From contig CAWHCF010000046.1 of the NCBI GenBank assembly GCA_963827655.1, positions 96,001 to 160,000 of the forward strand: a DNA stretch of 64,000 bases. Reading direction: 5' to 3'. The notes under the pieces were generated by a model. That model made no database searches. It was not told where the DNA came from and saw only the letters and a list, made by a program, of their open reading frames with translations. The DNA comes from an uncultured Acidobacteriota bacterium (GTDB taxonomy: Bacteria > Acidobacteriota > UBA6911). Numbering within the stretch: position 1 is the stretch's first letter; every line of letters begins with the position of its first letter. Below, one piece after another: positions 51,039 through 62,059 of this stretch. The position numbers and the translations under genes were made by a program.

Positions 51039-51612
51039 GGCTTGTTTCCTCCGTTGTTGGATTTGAGAACCTCGGGTTGCCTCCGGACCGGCTGGCCTCG
51101 TGGCTTTCTTCTATCATGACCAGTCGAGAGATCTCAAACGACTTTGTTGGCGGCAAACGAGTGTGATTGGAAGTGCGACTTGATTCGAGAAGCGTCTTCG
51201 TCCCTTCCGGACGAAAGCTGAGTCGGATTCCAATCGTATTCTCGCGAGCGTAGACCGGTCGTAAACCTTACACGCAAGCCGGCGCCGACCTGATTTTTTG
51301 TGTGCTGCGCTTGCGGCGCTCGTCATAACTGGTAATTTAATCCCGGCTTTACGAGACTGTCGCAAAACTCGCCCGGTTCATGTGCGGACGGGCTATCCAG
51401 TCGAAGGCTAACGTGCGTTTCCACACGAGTCAAAAACTCGCGAGTAGCGGTTTTAATCTCGGGGTACTGTGGCAGTGAAAGCGCGCCGCCGCTACCTCGC
51501 CTCGCAGGTCCTGCGGATCTAGCCCGAAAACGGCCTTCGTCGCCGGTCCTCGCCAGGTCCGAAAGACTACGTCACCCTCGATGGGACGAATCGGCGGCCG
51601 AGGCAGAGCGTC

Positions 51613-52113
51613 CTACCATTCCCCCTCGTCGGCCGTGGGTCCGTAGATGGCTGGCACAGGCACGTCGTTCATCCGCAGATACACTGTGAGTTGACCGCGA
51701 TGATGGATCATGTGATTCATGACAAAGCTTCGCAGTACGACAATTCGCGGCAGCGAGAACAGTTTTTTGCCGCCTTTCAGCAATGTCCAGGGGTTCATGA
51801 GATGTTGATCGCTGGCTCCGGCGATGGCCCCACGGGCGCCGGCCACATTCTTGTCGAAGAGCTGTACCAGTTCCTTCGCCGTTGACGCAGCCGGATGCGG
51901 CGGAGCCGGGCCCAGCAGGTCGAGGGAATCCTGCGCAATCGTGGTCGCCCCCCAGCCCGGAAGAATCGCCAGGAACGTCGCAAGCTCACCCAAATTCCAT
52001 GATTTCGGGTGAGGCTTCCAATCGAACTTGTCCCCTGGCACGCGCTCGAGGGTCCTCCAGGTGTTAGCCATCTCCTGATCGAACTCGAGTAAGAGAGCTT
52101 CGCTAAGAGCCAT
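51613..52113 (-). CDS. DinB/YfiT family protein
   Basis: E...T...LERVP..KFDWKPH.KS, NHMIHHRGQLTVYLR..VPVP.IYGP; GGAGG RBS. Confidence 0.9.
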   Translation of the reverse strand: MALSEALLLEFDQEMANTWRTLERVPGDKFDWKPHPKSWNLGELATFLAILPGWGATTIAQDSLDLLGPAPPHPAASTAKELVQLFDKNVAGARGAIAGASDQHLMNPWTLLKGGKKLFSLPRIVVLRSFVMNHMIHHRGQLTVYLRMNDVPVPAIYGPTADEGEW

Positions 52114-52149
52114 CACTACCTCCGTTTAGTTTGGTGCGCTTAAACTAAG

Positions 52150-52193
52150 GTCTTGGTGTTTCGTTCTAGTGTCTTCGTGTCCTGGTGGTATTT
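52150..52193. repeat. Palindromic repeat family A arm
   Basis: tcttggtgtttcgttctagtgtcttcgtgtcctggtggtattt. Confidence 0.7.
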
Positions 52194-52194
52194 C

Positions 52195-53230
52195 CTAGTT
52201 TGCATCACGCCAGTTCAATATGACCTTTGCCGGATTGGCCTGACGTCACGATCTCGAATGCTTTCTGGAATTCGGTATAGTGAAACCGGTGCGTGATCAC
52301 GGGGCAGATGTCGAGACCGCTCTGGAGCATTACCGTCATCTTGTACCAGGTCTCATACATTTCCCTGCCGTAGATACCTTTGATCGTGAGCATCTTGAAA
52401 ACGACCGTATTCCAGTCGATTGCCATTTCCTTTTCGGGGATGCCGAGCATGGCGATCCTGGCGCCGTGACTCATGTTTGCCAGCATGGCGCGAAAAGCGG
52501 AGGCGTGCCCCGACATCTCGAGGCCAACGTCGAATCCCTCCTTCATGCCGAGCTGCTTCTGCACCTCCTTCAAGTCAGACTCCTGTCCGTTGACTGCGAG
52601 CGTGACCCCCATTTTTTTGGCCAGCTCCAGCCGGTACGGATTGACATCCGTGATGACGACAAACCGGGCTCCGGCATGCCGCACGACGGCGGCTGCCATC
52701 ATGCCGATCGGCCCCGCGCCTGTGATCAGGACGTCTTCACCCAGGACGGGGAAGGATAACGCTGTGTGGACGGCGTTGCCGAACGGATCAAAAATCGAGG
52801 CGATATCGCGATTGATCGAAGGATGATGGTGCCAGACGTTGGTCATCGGCAGGGCCAGATACTCGGCAAAAGCTCCCGGGTGGTTGAGACCGATGCTCTG
52901 GGTGTCGGCGCAAAGATGCCGGCGTCCGGCGAGGCAATTCCGGCAGCGCCCGCAGACGACGTGGCCTTCGCCGCTCACGATGTCACCGGGGAAGAAATCC
53001 ACTACGTTCGAGCCCACCTCGACGATTTCCCCCACGAATTCGTGCCCGATGACCATGGGGATAGGAATGGTTTGCTGCGCCCAGGCGTCCCACTTGTAAA
53101 TATGCAGATCGGTGCCGCAGATGCCCGTGCGATCGACTCGAATCAACACATCGTTCAGGCCGATGCCGGGCAATGGCACATCTTCGAGCCACAGGCCGGG
53201 TTCCGCCTTGCTTTTGACGAGCGCTTTCAT
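52195..53230 (-). CDS. tdh: L-threonine 3-dehydrogenase
   Basis: [60 protein letters not shown]. An extra base near the 3' end hides SGKVILNW. Confidence 0.95.
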
Positions 53231-53343
53231 GGCAGTTGCAGACCAGGTCGCGGGACCCAGTATACACGAGTGAGAATGATTGTGATTGCTCGGGGCCGCA
53301 CTAACCACAAGATACGAAGAGCGGTTGTTCGAGTTCCCTCTCT

Positions 53344-56063
53344 TCACTCGTACCGCAGCGCAACTATCGGATCCACTCTGGCTGCGAGGCGAACGGGCAA
53401 GTAAGCCGCCAGCGCGGCTGTCGCGAGCAGCACGACCATGGAGGAGGCAAGGACGGCGGGATCGTTGGCGGTCAAACCAAAAAGCATGCTGGTCAGGAAG
53501 TTACCGACGGCATGGGAGACAATCAAGCCCACGAACGCTCCGATCAGGACCGGCCGCGCCGCCTCCCCCATCAGCAGGCGAAACACATCGCTCCGCTGCG
53601 CCCCGAGAGCCATTCGGATTCCGATCTCACTCGTCTTCTGCGCCACAAGATAAGCGAGCGTGCCGTAAATCCCGAGGGCGGCGAGCACCAGGGCCAGTCC
53701 ACCAAAAAAGCTCGACAGCGTAGCGACCAGTCTCTCCTGCACCAGGCCGCCTTCCAGCTGTGCTTCAGCTGTCTTGATCTCGCGCGTGGGAATGTCGCGG
53801 TTCACTTCCAGCAGAGCCTGGCGGACACTCGCCGTGATCACCGCGGGATTCACGTCGGTGCGGATCTGCAGCGTCATGTAAGGTTGAGCGTATTGAAGCG
53901 ACGGAAGGTAAATCATGCGCGCAGGCGCCTCGCGCAGATCGCCTCGCTTTGAATCTCTGACCAGCCCGACGATTTCGATCGGCGGGGCGTCTGGCTGGCG
54001 GCCGATCCGAACTATTCTCCCTATGGGATCGGTTTCGGCGAAGTAGAACCGCGCCAGCGTCTCGTTGACCACGGCGACCTTCGGCGCGCCGGCGTCATCC
54101 TGCGAAGTGAACTCGCGGCCTCTCAGGAGGGGAGTGCCCATCGTTTCAAAATAGGCGGCCGAGACATGGTTCAGATGAACCACATGATCATCCAAAGTGC
54201 GCCCGGCAAATCCGGGAACGCTAAGGAACCGCGTAGAATCGTCGCCGCTCAACGGCATGAGCGAGGACATGCCGGCCGCGCGAACACCGGGCAGGCTTTT
54301 GACGCGCTCGAGCGCGTCTCTATAAAACGCCACCAGGCGCGCGCGATCATAGCCGGTCCCATGGTGATCGAAGTTTACCAACAACAGGTTCTCGACCCGA
54401 AATCCGGCATTCAGCGCCGTGATATTGCGGAGGCTGAAGGCGAACGAGGTTGCGGCGATTACCAGGCACAGCGACAGCGCAACCTGGGCCGCAACCAGTA
54501 TCCGGCCCGACTGCCGTCGCCCGCTTAACCCGGCAGATGCAGACGTTCTCCTTGAGAGCCGGAGTCAAGTCAATCCGGGAACTCCGCAGCGCCGGCATGA
54601 GCCCGACGACCATTCCGGTCAGCAGCGACACCGCCGCGGTGAAGGCCAGCAATCGTGGGTCGGGATGAACGGTGAGCGCCACCGGAATGGGTCCGCTGGA
54701 GATGAACGCGACCAGCAAGTTGCTGCCCCACCAGCCAAACAACAATCCGGCTGCGCCACCGAGCGCGGCCAGCACGACGCCTTCGGTGAGAAGTTGGCGG
54801 ACCAGACGCCCCCGCGAAGCGCCAATTGCCAACCGCACGGCCATCTCCTTGCGTCGGCCCGCCGATCTTGCGAGCAGCAGGTTGGCGATGTTCGCGCAGG
54901 CTATCAGGAGCACCAGTCCGACGATCCCTGTCAGCACCAGGAGCGGTTTGGAGAACCGGAGGCGGAGCGCGTCGAGCCCCTTGTTGCCGGCCTGCAGTTC
55001 GGTCCGAGCCAGGCTGTCGCGGATTACCCCCTCGGGAAGTTTGTTCTCGTTTACCCACTGCGGCAGCAGGGCGTCGATGTCGGCTCGCGCCTGTTCGGCG
55101 GGCACGCCCGGCTTCAGCCGTCCCATGATGTGCAGAGCCCAAAACCCTCCGCTCTCGGTGAGTCGATTGCCGAACTCCGGGAGAAGCCGGGGCTGAAGCG
55201 TGAGCGGCACCGACACGTCCACCGGGCTTCCGGCCTCGAGACCGAGGAAATCCGGCGGAGTCACGCCAACGATCGTGAGCGGCGTCCCGTTGACCACCAG
55301 CGTTTTGCCGACCACGCCCGGGTCGGCGCCGAAGTTCCGCTGCCAGAACCGGTGGCTGATCACGGCGATCGCCGGGTCGGCGCCCTCGTCAGCCGCCAAC
55401 GTGCGACCAATCGATGCATTCACACCGAGCACCGAGAAATAGTTGTTCGTGACGAACTGACCGGCCACGCTCTGCGTTCCGGTGTCTGTTCGAACCTTGA
55501 GGTCGATCGGCCAGAAGGCGAACAATCCTGCCAGCGATTGATTCCGATCCCGCAGGAACTCGTACAGCGGATAATTGGACCCGCGAGACGGCGCGCCCTT
55601 TCCCGCATGAGCGAAGATTACCAGTTGCTCCGGATTTCGAACCGGCAGCAGCTTGAGCAGCACGGCATCGACCAGGCTGAAGATGGCGGTGTTGGCGCCG
55701 ATCCCTAGAGCCAGCGTAAGCAGCGCTACAGCCGTAAAGCCAGGATTCTCGCGCAGCCTCCGGACTGCGTAGCGCAGATCGTGCCAGAGATCGGCCATCA
55801 CGTTTTTTCTCCCCGCTCCGGGAACGACGCGCTCCTGCACCTGGCGCTTCGACGCGCCGGAGTTCTTGCGTCAGCAAGTCGCGTTCACTCAACTCGGCCA
55901 GCGCTGCGTGATAGGCATCCTGTGGCATTGCGCCGCCGGCCTTCAGCTCTTCGTAGCGATCTTCGAGATGCTGGGCCAGCTCCTCGACAATCTCGGCCTC
56001 ACGCGTCGGCTCGAGCTTCAAGCTCGCCAGCCGTCTTTGGATCTCTTTCTTCCACTCAGGCAT
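53344..56063 (-). CDS. ADOP family duplicated MacB/FtsX-type permease 3; frameshifts at ~55845 and ~54525
   Basis: [16 protein letters not shown] prefix, [48 protein letters not shown]. Confidence 0.88.
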
Positions 56064-56120
56064 CTTCAATCCTTCAGGGAATAGCTCGATCACGAATGGT
56101 GCCGATACTGGCGTGGTTTT

Positions 56121-56148
56121 TAATCCGCAATCTGCAATCCGCAATCGA
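56121..56148. repeat. Heptamer array (AATCCGC)n directly after the permease 2 stop codon
   Basis: aatccgcaatctgcaatccgcaatcg. Confidence 0.75.
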
Positions 56149-56149
56149 A

Positions 56150-58826
56150 TTACTCGTACCTCAGCGCGGCCATGGGATCGACGCGCGTGGCCCGTCGCGC
56201 CGGGACGTAGCACGCGACGAAGGCAACCGCAGAGAGAAACAGGGCCGCGGCCCCGAAGGTCAACAGGTCCATCGGTTCGACGCCAAACAGCAGCCGCTCC
56301 AGGAAGCGCGTGACTCCCATGCGCGCTTACCAGCCCTATCCCAACGCCCAGCAAGGCGAGCAGCATCCCCTGTCCTATCACGAGCCGGAAAACGTCCCCG
56401 GGCTGTGCGCCCATCGCCATGCGCACGCCGATCTCATGCGTTCGCTGAGTGACCGCATGTGCCATCACGCCATAAATTCCGACGGCGGCCAGCGCGAGGG
56501 CCACGGCGGCAAATCCTCCCAGCAGGAGCGCGTGGAAGCGCCGCTGGGCCACCGATTCGCTCACTAGCTCGGTCATCGTCTTCACCCTCGAAATGACCAG
56601 TTCCTTCTCGAGCCGGCGCAGTTCGCGCCGCGCTGCGGCGGCAAGGTTCGTCGGGTCGCCCGAAGTCCGAATCGCGAGCAGCGGGCCGCCCGGCGGACCC
56701 TGGTCGAAGTGCATGTAGAGTTCCGGGCGCGCTTCGGCGTCGAGCCCGAAGTGCTTCACGTCGCCCACGACTCCGACAATCGTGTACCAGGGCGCGTCTG
56801 AGCCTCCCGGGAGGAAGCGCACGCGCCTGCCGATGGGATTTTCGCCAGACCAGAAGTGGCGCGCGGCGCCTTCGGTGATCACAGCCACCGGTGGCGCAGC
56901 GGCGGTGTCCCGCTCGGTGAAGACACGGCCGGTGCGCAGCGGAATTCCCATCGCCGCGAAGTAATGCGTGCTGGCGCGGCGGAATTCGATCTCGGGCTGC
57001 TCGCCCGGGGACACGGGGCGCCCTTCGATTTCGAGCGTGGTCGTGACACCCGCACCCAGCGGCAAACGGGTCACGCCCCCCGCGGAGGCTACGCCCGGCA
57101 ACGCTTCCAGCCGGGCGAACATCTCCTTGTACAGCGCGAGGCGCTGCCCGGGCTGTGAATAAGAAGACGGCACGCTGAGCTGCATCGTCAGCACATGGTC
57201 GGAGCGGAAGCCGGGGTCCACGTGTATCAGCCGCGCGAAGCTGCGGATCAAGAGACCGGCGCTCACCAGGAGCGCAAGAGCCAGCGCCATTTCCGCGACG
57301 GCGAGCAGATTGCGGATGCGGCTCGTCCCTCCTGTCGCAGTGGTGCGCCCGCCTTCCTTCAACGATTCCTGCAGGCTGCCTCTTGAAAGCTGCAACGCCG
57401 GCAGCAGGCCGAACACGAGGCCCGCCAGCAGCGAGACCAGCAGCGTGAACCCGAGCACGGCGCCGTCGAGCGAAATCTCGTCGACGCGCGGCAGGCCGGG
57501 CGGGCTCAGTCCTCGCAGCAAGCGGAGTCCCCAGAAGGCGCACAACAAACCGCCCGCGCCGCCCAGCAGGGCCAGTACGACACTCTCGGTCAGGAACTGG
57601 CGCACCAGGCGCAGCCGGCCCGCGCCCAGCGCCGAGCGCAGCGCGATTTCCTTTTCGCGCGCCGCGGCGCGGGCCACGAGCAGGCTGGCCACGTTGACGC
57701 ATGCAATCAGCAGGACACAACCCACGCCGGCCATCAGGACCAGCAGCGCCAGCCGGATACCGCCGACCAGCTGATCGTCGAGCGCAATTACGCGGGCGCC
57801 CAGGCCGGTGTTTGTATCGGGATACGCGCGTTCGAGCCGCCCCGCGATGCCTTCCATCTCCGCCTGGGCCTGCGCGACGGTGGCGCCCGGAGCGAGGCGC
57901 CCGACCATGCGCAGCAGGCGTACGCCGCGGCCCCGCTCCAAGAAGGGATTTTGGCTCAGCGGCGCCCACAGATCCACGTCATCGAGGAAACGGAACCCCG
58001 GCGGCATCACGCCTACGATAGGCGCGGCGCTGTTGTTGAGCGGCACGGCGCGGCCCAGGATGTTCGGATCCCCGTCGAAGTGGTTCCGCCAGAGCCGGTA
58101 ACTGACAATCACCGCTGGGACGCCGCCGGGCCGGTCTTCGTTGGCGGTGAAGCCGCGGCCTTTCAGAGGCTGCACGCCCAGCACCTGAAAGAAGGACGAG
58201 GAGACCCAGTGACCGTCCACCTGTTCATGCCCATCGGACCCGGGCAGAACGAAGCGCCACAGCGGCGTCAGTGCCGCTGCGTCTTCCAGGCGCTGGCTCT
58301 GCGCGCGCAGGTCGAGGAAGCTCGGGTACGCTATGAAATCGTCGGGCTTCCCCTCCTTCGTATTGTTGTGCCAGACCATAACCAGGCGGTCCGGCTGGTG
58401 ATACGGAAGCGGCCGGAGCAGCACGGAATTCACCACACTGAAGATGGCGCTGTTGGCGCCGATGCCCAGCGCCAGCGTCAGCAGCGCCACAAGCGTGAAG
58501 CCGGGATTCTTGATCAGGATTCGAATGCCATAACGCAGGTCGTGCCGTAAATCTTCCATCAGGTTTCTCCGCTTGGTTCCAAGGCCTGCAGGCTCCGCCG
58601 TCACCTGGCGCTCGACGCGACCGAATTCCTGCGCCAGCAATTCGCCGTCGCTCAACTCCAGAAGGGCCGAGACACTAGCTTCTTCTTCGGTTGCGCCGCC
58701 CGCGCGCAACTCGTCGTAGCGCTCTTCGAGATGTTGAGCCAGCTCTTCGGCGATCTCCCCCTCGCGCGTCGGCTCGAGCTTCAAGCTCGCCAGTCGCCGC
58801 CGGATCTCGTTCTTCCACTCAGGCAT
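56150..58826 (-). CDS. ADOP family duplicated permease 2; frameshift at ~56320
   Basis: Same prefix and motifs; true end [10 protein letters not shown] at 56150. Confidence 0.88.
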
Positions 58827-58865
58827 TTTTGAGTCTTCGGCAAAAATTGGTGACAGTCACTGATT

Positions 58866-61547
58866 TCATTCGTAGCGCAACGCGACCATTGGATCCACCG
58901 TGGTCGCTCGCCGTGCCGGAATGAAGCAGGCGAGTAGCGCGACACCGGCGAAGAGCAGCGCAATCACCGCAAACGTCGCCGGATCGGTCGGGCTCACGCC
59001 GAACAGCAGGCTTTTCATCAGCCCGGTAAGGCCGTAGGCCACGGCCAAGCCGATGGTCACACCAATGATCGCCAGCCTCATTCCCTGCTTCACCACCAAC
59101 TGCAGTACGTTGCTTTGCCGCGCCCCCAGGGCCATGCGGATGCCAAACTCGCCGGTGCGGCTGCTGACGCTCAGCGACATCACGCCATAGATGCCCAGCA
59201 CAGCCAGCAGCGAGGCCGTCGCGGCCAGGCCGGCGAGCAGCATATTGGTCAGACGCCGCGTGTTGAGCGAACGGTCGACCGCCTCTTTCATCGTGTCTAC
59301 GGCAAAGAGGGGAACTTCCGGGTCAAGCGCCGACACCTGACTGCGCACGGCGCTGGTCAATGCCTGGGGATCATCCGAGGTCCGAACCACGAGGTATGCC
59401 ATCCACGGAACGTTCTGGGCATGAGGCCGGTACAGGTAAAAACTGGAATCCTCCTCCAGGCGGGTGTGTTTGACGCTGGCAACCACGCCCACGATCGTCA
59501 GCCAGGGATTGTCAGACGAGCTCGACAGATTGCCGCGACGGATGCGTCTGCCGATAGCGTCGCCGCCGGGCCAGTACTTGCGGGCCAACTTTTCGTCCAC
59601 GATCGCTACCAGCGGCGCAGACTCATTATCGGTATCCTGAAACGGCCGGCCGCTGAGGAGAGGGATGCCCATGGTTTCGAAGTAGCCGGGCGTCGCGCTG
59701 CGGATGCTCGCGACCAGGATCGGTTCGCCGGGACCCGGCTCCTGGCCCTGAACGATGAACTCGTCCTGCCAGTTGCCTGGATTAAAGGGAACATTCTGGG
59801 ACAATCCCGCGCTGCGCACGCCCGGCAGGCTGCCCACGCGTTCGAGCAGTTGCTGGTAGAAATTCCGAACCTGAGACTGATCCGTATACTTGCGCGACGG
59901 GAGCGACAGACGGGCGGTCAGAATGTTTTCGGGACGGAACCCCGGATTCACTGAGAGCAGGCGCTGAAAGCTTTGCAGCAGCAGCGCTGCTCCGATCAAC
60001 AGCACCAGCGACAAGGCGAACTGCGTGATCACGAATGCGTGGTTCCATCGCCGGGTTAACAGTGAGTGTGTGCTGCGCACTCCTTCCTTGAGGTATCCCT
60101 GGAGATTGACGCGCGCGCCTCGCAAGGCCGGGGCCAGGCCGAGCAAGAAGCCCGTCAGCAGCGCGACGGCAAGAGTGAAGATCAGCACCGTCGGATCAAG
60201 CCGGACCTGCTCGATACGCGGGACATCCGCCAGCGCCAGGCGTTTGAGTCCCTTCAGGCCCCAGAATGCCAGCAGCAGTCCGGCGCCGGCGCCCGCCAGG
60301 GCCAGCAGGAGACTCTCAACCAGGAACTGTCTGACAATCCTGAGCGCGCTTGCCCCCAGACAGCAGCGGACGGCGATCTCGCGGCTGCGCGAGTTGGCGC
60401 GAGCCAGCAGCAGATTGGCAATGTTGGCGCACGCGATCAGCAACACCAATCCCACGGCACATAGCAGCACCACGAGCGGCGCGCGCACCTCTCCGACCAT
60501 GGTCCGCAGCAGCGTCTCGGCCACCGCGATCGATCCCCCTTTTGCGTTGGGGTCACGTTCACGCCAGAAGTCGTCGGACAGGGCCGCGATCTCGCGCTGC
60601 GCGTCTGCCGGAGTGAGCCCCGGCTTCAACCTGCCTAACCCGGGATAGCAATAGCAGTTCATCACCTGTGGATTCAGTCCCAGCGGAATCCACAGTTCCG
60701 TGCGGTTCGGAAAGTCGAATCCCGGAGGCATGATTCCCACGACCACGGTGGGGATGTTGTTCAGGTTGAGTGACCTTCCAACAATTCCGGGATCGCCGCC
60801 GAACCGCCGCTGCCACACCGCGTAGCTCAGGACCGTGACCAGGTTGTTGCCCGGCGTGTCTTCATGCGGCAGAAACGTGCGGCCGTAAAGCGGCTGCTGC
60901 CCGAGGATGCTGAAAAAATCAAACGTGACGTTGGTGCCGTTCAATCGCTCCGCCTCGCCGGCGCCGGTCAGATTGAAACCCGCGCTGCCGTAAGCAGCCA
61001 TCTTTTCGAAGGTTCGATTGCGGTCGCGGAAATAGACGAAAAGCCCCTGAGTCAGCTCGACAACCGGCAGCCCCTTCTCGGGCGCCGACAGCCAGAATTT
61101 CACCAGCCGATCGGACTCGGCATAGGGGAGCGGGTTCAGCAACACGGCATTTACCACGCTGAAGATTGCCGTGTTGGCGCCGATGGCGAGCCCAAGGGTG
61201 AGCACCGCAATCGCCGTAAAGCTTGGACTCTTGCGCAGCATGCGCAGGCCATAGCTGAAGTCCTGCCATAGATCTCCCATGATATTCCTCCGGCTTGCAC
61301 CCAGTACAACCTGCTCATATCCGGCGTGAAGCTCGACTCGCTGGAGTTCCTGCGCCAGCAATTTCCCGCCGCTTAACTCCAGAAGCGCCGAGCGAACGGC
61401 TTCTGCTTCGGTCGCGCCGCCGGCACGCAACTCTTCGTAGCGTTCTTCAAGATGTTGGGCCAGCTCCTCGACGATCTCCAGCTCACGGATCGGGTCGAGC
61501 TTCAAGCTCTCCAGCCGCCGTCGGATCTCTTCCTTCCACGCAGGCAT
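58866..61547 (-). CDS. ADOP family duplicated permease 1
   Basis: MPAWKEEIRRRL prefix, two MacB/FtsX halves, ends VDPMVALRYE; intact frame. Confidence 0.92.
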   Translation of the reverse strand: MPAWKEEIRRRLESLKLDPIRELEIVEELAQHLEERYEELRAGGATEAEAVRSALLELSGGKLLAQELQRVELHAGYEQVVLGASRRNIMGDLWQDFSYGLRMLRKSPSFTAIAVLTLGLAIGANTAIFSVVNAVLLNPLPYAESDRLVKFWLSAPEKGLPVVELTQGLFVYFRDRNRTFEKMAAYGSAGFNLTGAGEAERLNGTNVTFDFFSILGQQPLYGRTFLPHEDTPGNNLVTVLSYAVWQRRFGGDPGIVGRSLNLNNIPTVVVGIMPPGFDFPNRTELWIPLGLNPQVMNCYCYPGLGRLKPGLTPADAQREIAALSDDFWRERDPNAKGGSIAVAETLLRTMVGEVRAPLVVLLCAVGLVLLIACANIANLLLARANSRSREIAVRCCLGASALRIVRQFLVESLLLALAGAGAGLLLAFWGLKGLKRLALADVPRIEQVRLDPTVLIFTLAVALLTGFLLGLAPALRGARVNLQGYLKEGVRSTHSLLTRRWNHAFVITQFALSLVLLIGAALLLQSFQRLLSVNPGFRPENILTARLSLPSRKYTDQSQVRNFYQQLLERVGSLPGVRSAGLSQNVPFNPGNWQDEFIVQGQEPGPGEPILVASIRSATPGYFETMGIPLLSGRPFQDTDNESAPLVAIVDEKLARKYWPGGDAIGRRIRRGNLSSSSDNPWLTIVGVVASVKHTRLEEDSSFYLYRPHAQNVPWMAYLVVRTSDDPQALTSAVRSQVSALDPEVPLFAVDTMKEAVDRSLNTRRLTNMLLAGLAATASLLAVLGIYGVMSLSVSSRTGEFGIRMALGARQSNVLQLVVKQGMRLAIIGVTIGLAVAYGLTGLMKSLLFGVSPTDPATFAVIALLFAGVALLACFIPARRATTVDPMVALRYE

Positions 61548-61576
61548 CACTGAGTCCTCGTAGAAATTGGTGCCTG

Positions 61577-61909
61577 TCACCAATTCTCGTTGAACGCCAC
61601 CCGTTTTAACGCCGCGAAGAACTCTTGCCAGGTCCGTCTTTGAGCCGCGAGGACGCTTTTCCCGGCGGCGGTCAGCCTGTAATACCGCCGCCGGCGCTGT
61701 CCCGCCTTCTCGATCCACTGCCCCTTGATCCAACCGCGCTTCTCCATCCGGTAGAGCAGCGGATAGAGCGAGGCCACGTGAAATTGCAGAACGCCATCGG
61801 ATCGGTCCCTGATGAGTCGTGCGATTTCGTAACCGTGGCGCGGCCGCTGCTCTACCAGGGACATGATCAACAGCTCGGTGCTGCCTCGCTTGAGTTCCCG
61901 GTCAATCAT
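61577..61909 (-). CDS. PadR family transcriptional regulator (Acidobacterial type)
   Basis: LKRGSTELLI, HGYEIA, SLYPLLYRME, RRRRYYRLT..G. Confidence 0.93.
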   Translation of the reverse strand: MIDRELKRGSTELLIMSLVEQRPRHGYEIARLIRDRSDGVLQFHVASLYPLLYRMEKRGWIKGQWIEKAGQRRRRYYRLTAAGKSVLAAQRRTWQEFFAALKRVAFNENW

Positions 61910-61923
61910 TGATGGTGTCTCCA

Positions 61924-61940
61924 TATGTGGCGATGACATA
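61924..61940. promoter_or_regulatory. Putative PadR operator palindrome
   Basis: TATGT-N7-ACATA just upstream of the padR RBS; resembles ATGT..ACAT PadR boxes. Confidence 0.45.
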
Positions 61941-62059
61941 CATTAGGCGAAAAGAGGCGGCGCCGCAAGCCCTATATTCGCTTTCCTGAACTCACGGGCG
62001 GGACCGGCCGGGCGTTGCGCAACGCCCGCTATACTTTTCCGGCGCCCCTGGGTTAGAGT

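Noticed and set aside
51173-51600. Group II intron remnant (GTGCG at 51173)
   Set aside because: No domain V/VI consensus or RT fragment seen.
53231-53347. N-terminal extension of tdh (similarly 7518, 21209, 29447, 40393, 61733 track starts)
   Set aside because: The extensions run through intergenic or repeat DNA; homology begins at downstream starts.
55389-58826. 1145-aa ORF suggesting a giant fused permease
   Set aside because: A frameshift near 56320 causes read-through of the heptamer repeat into the next permease start; these are two genes.
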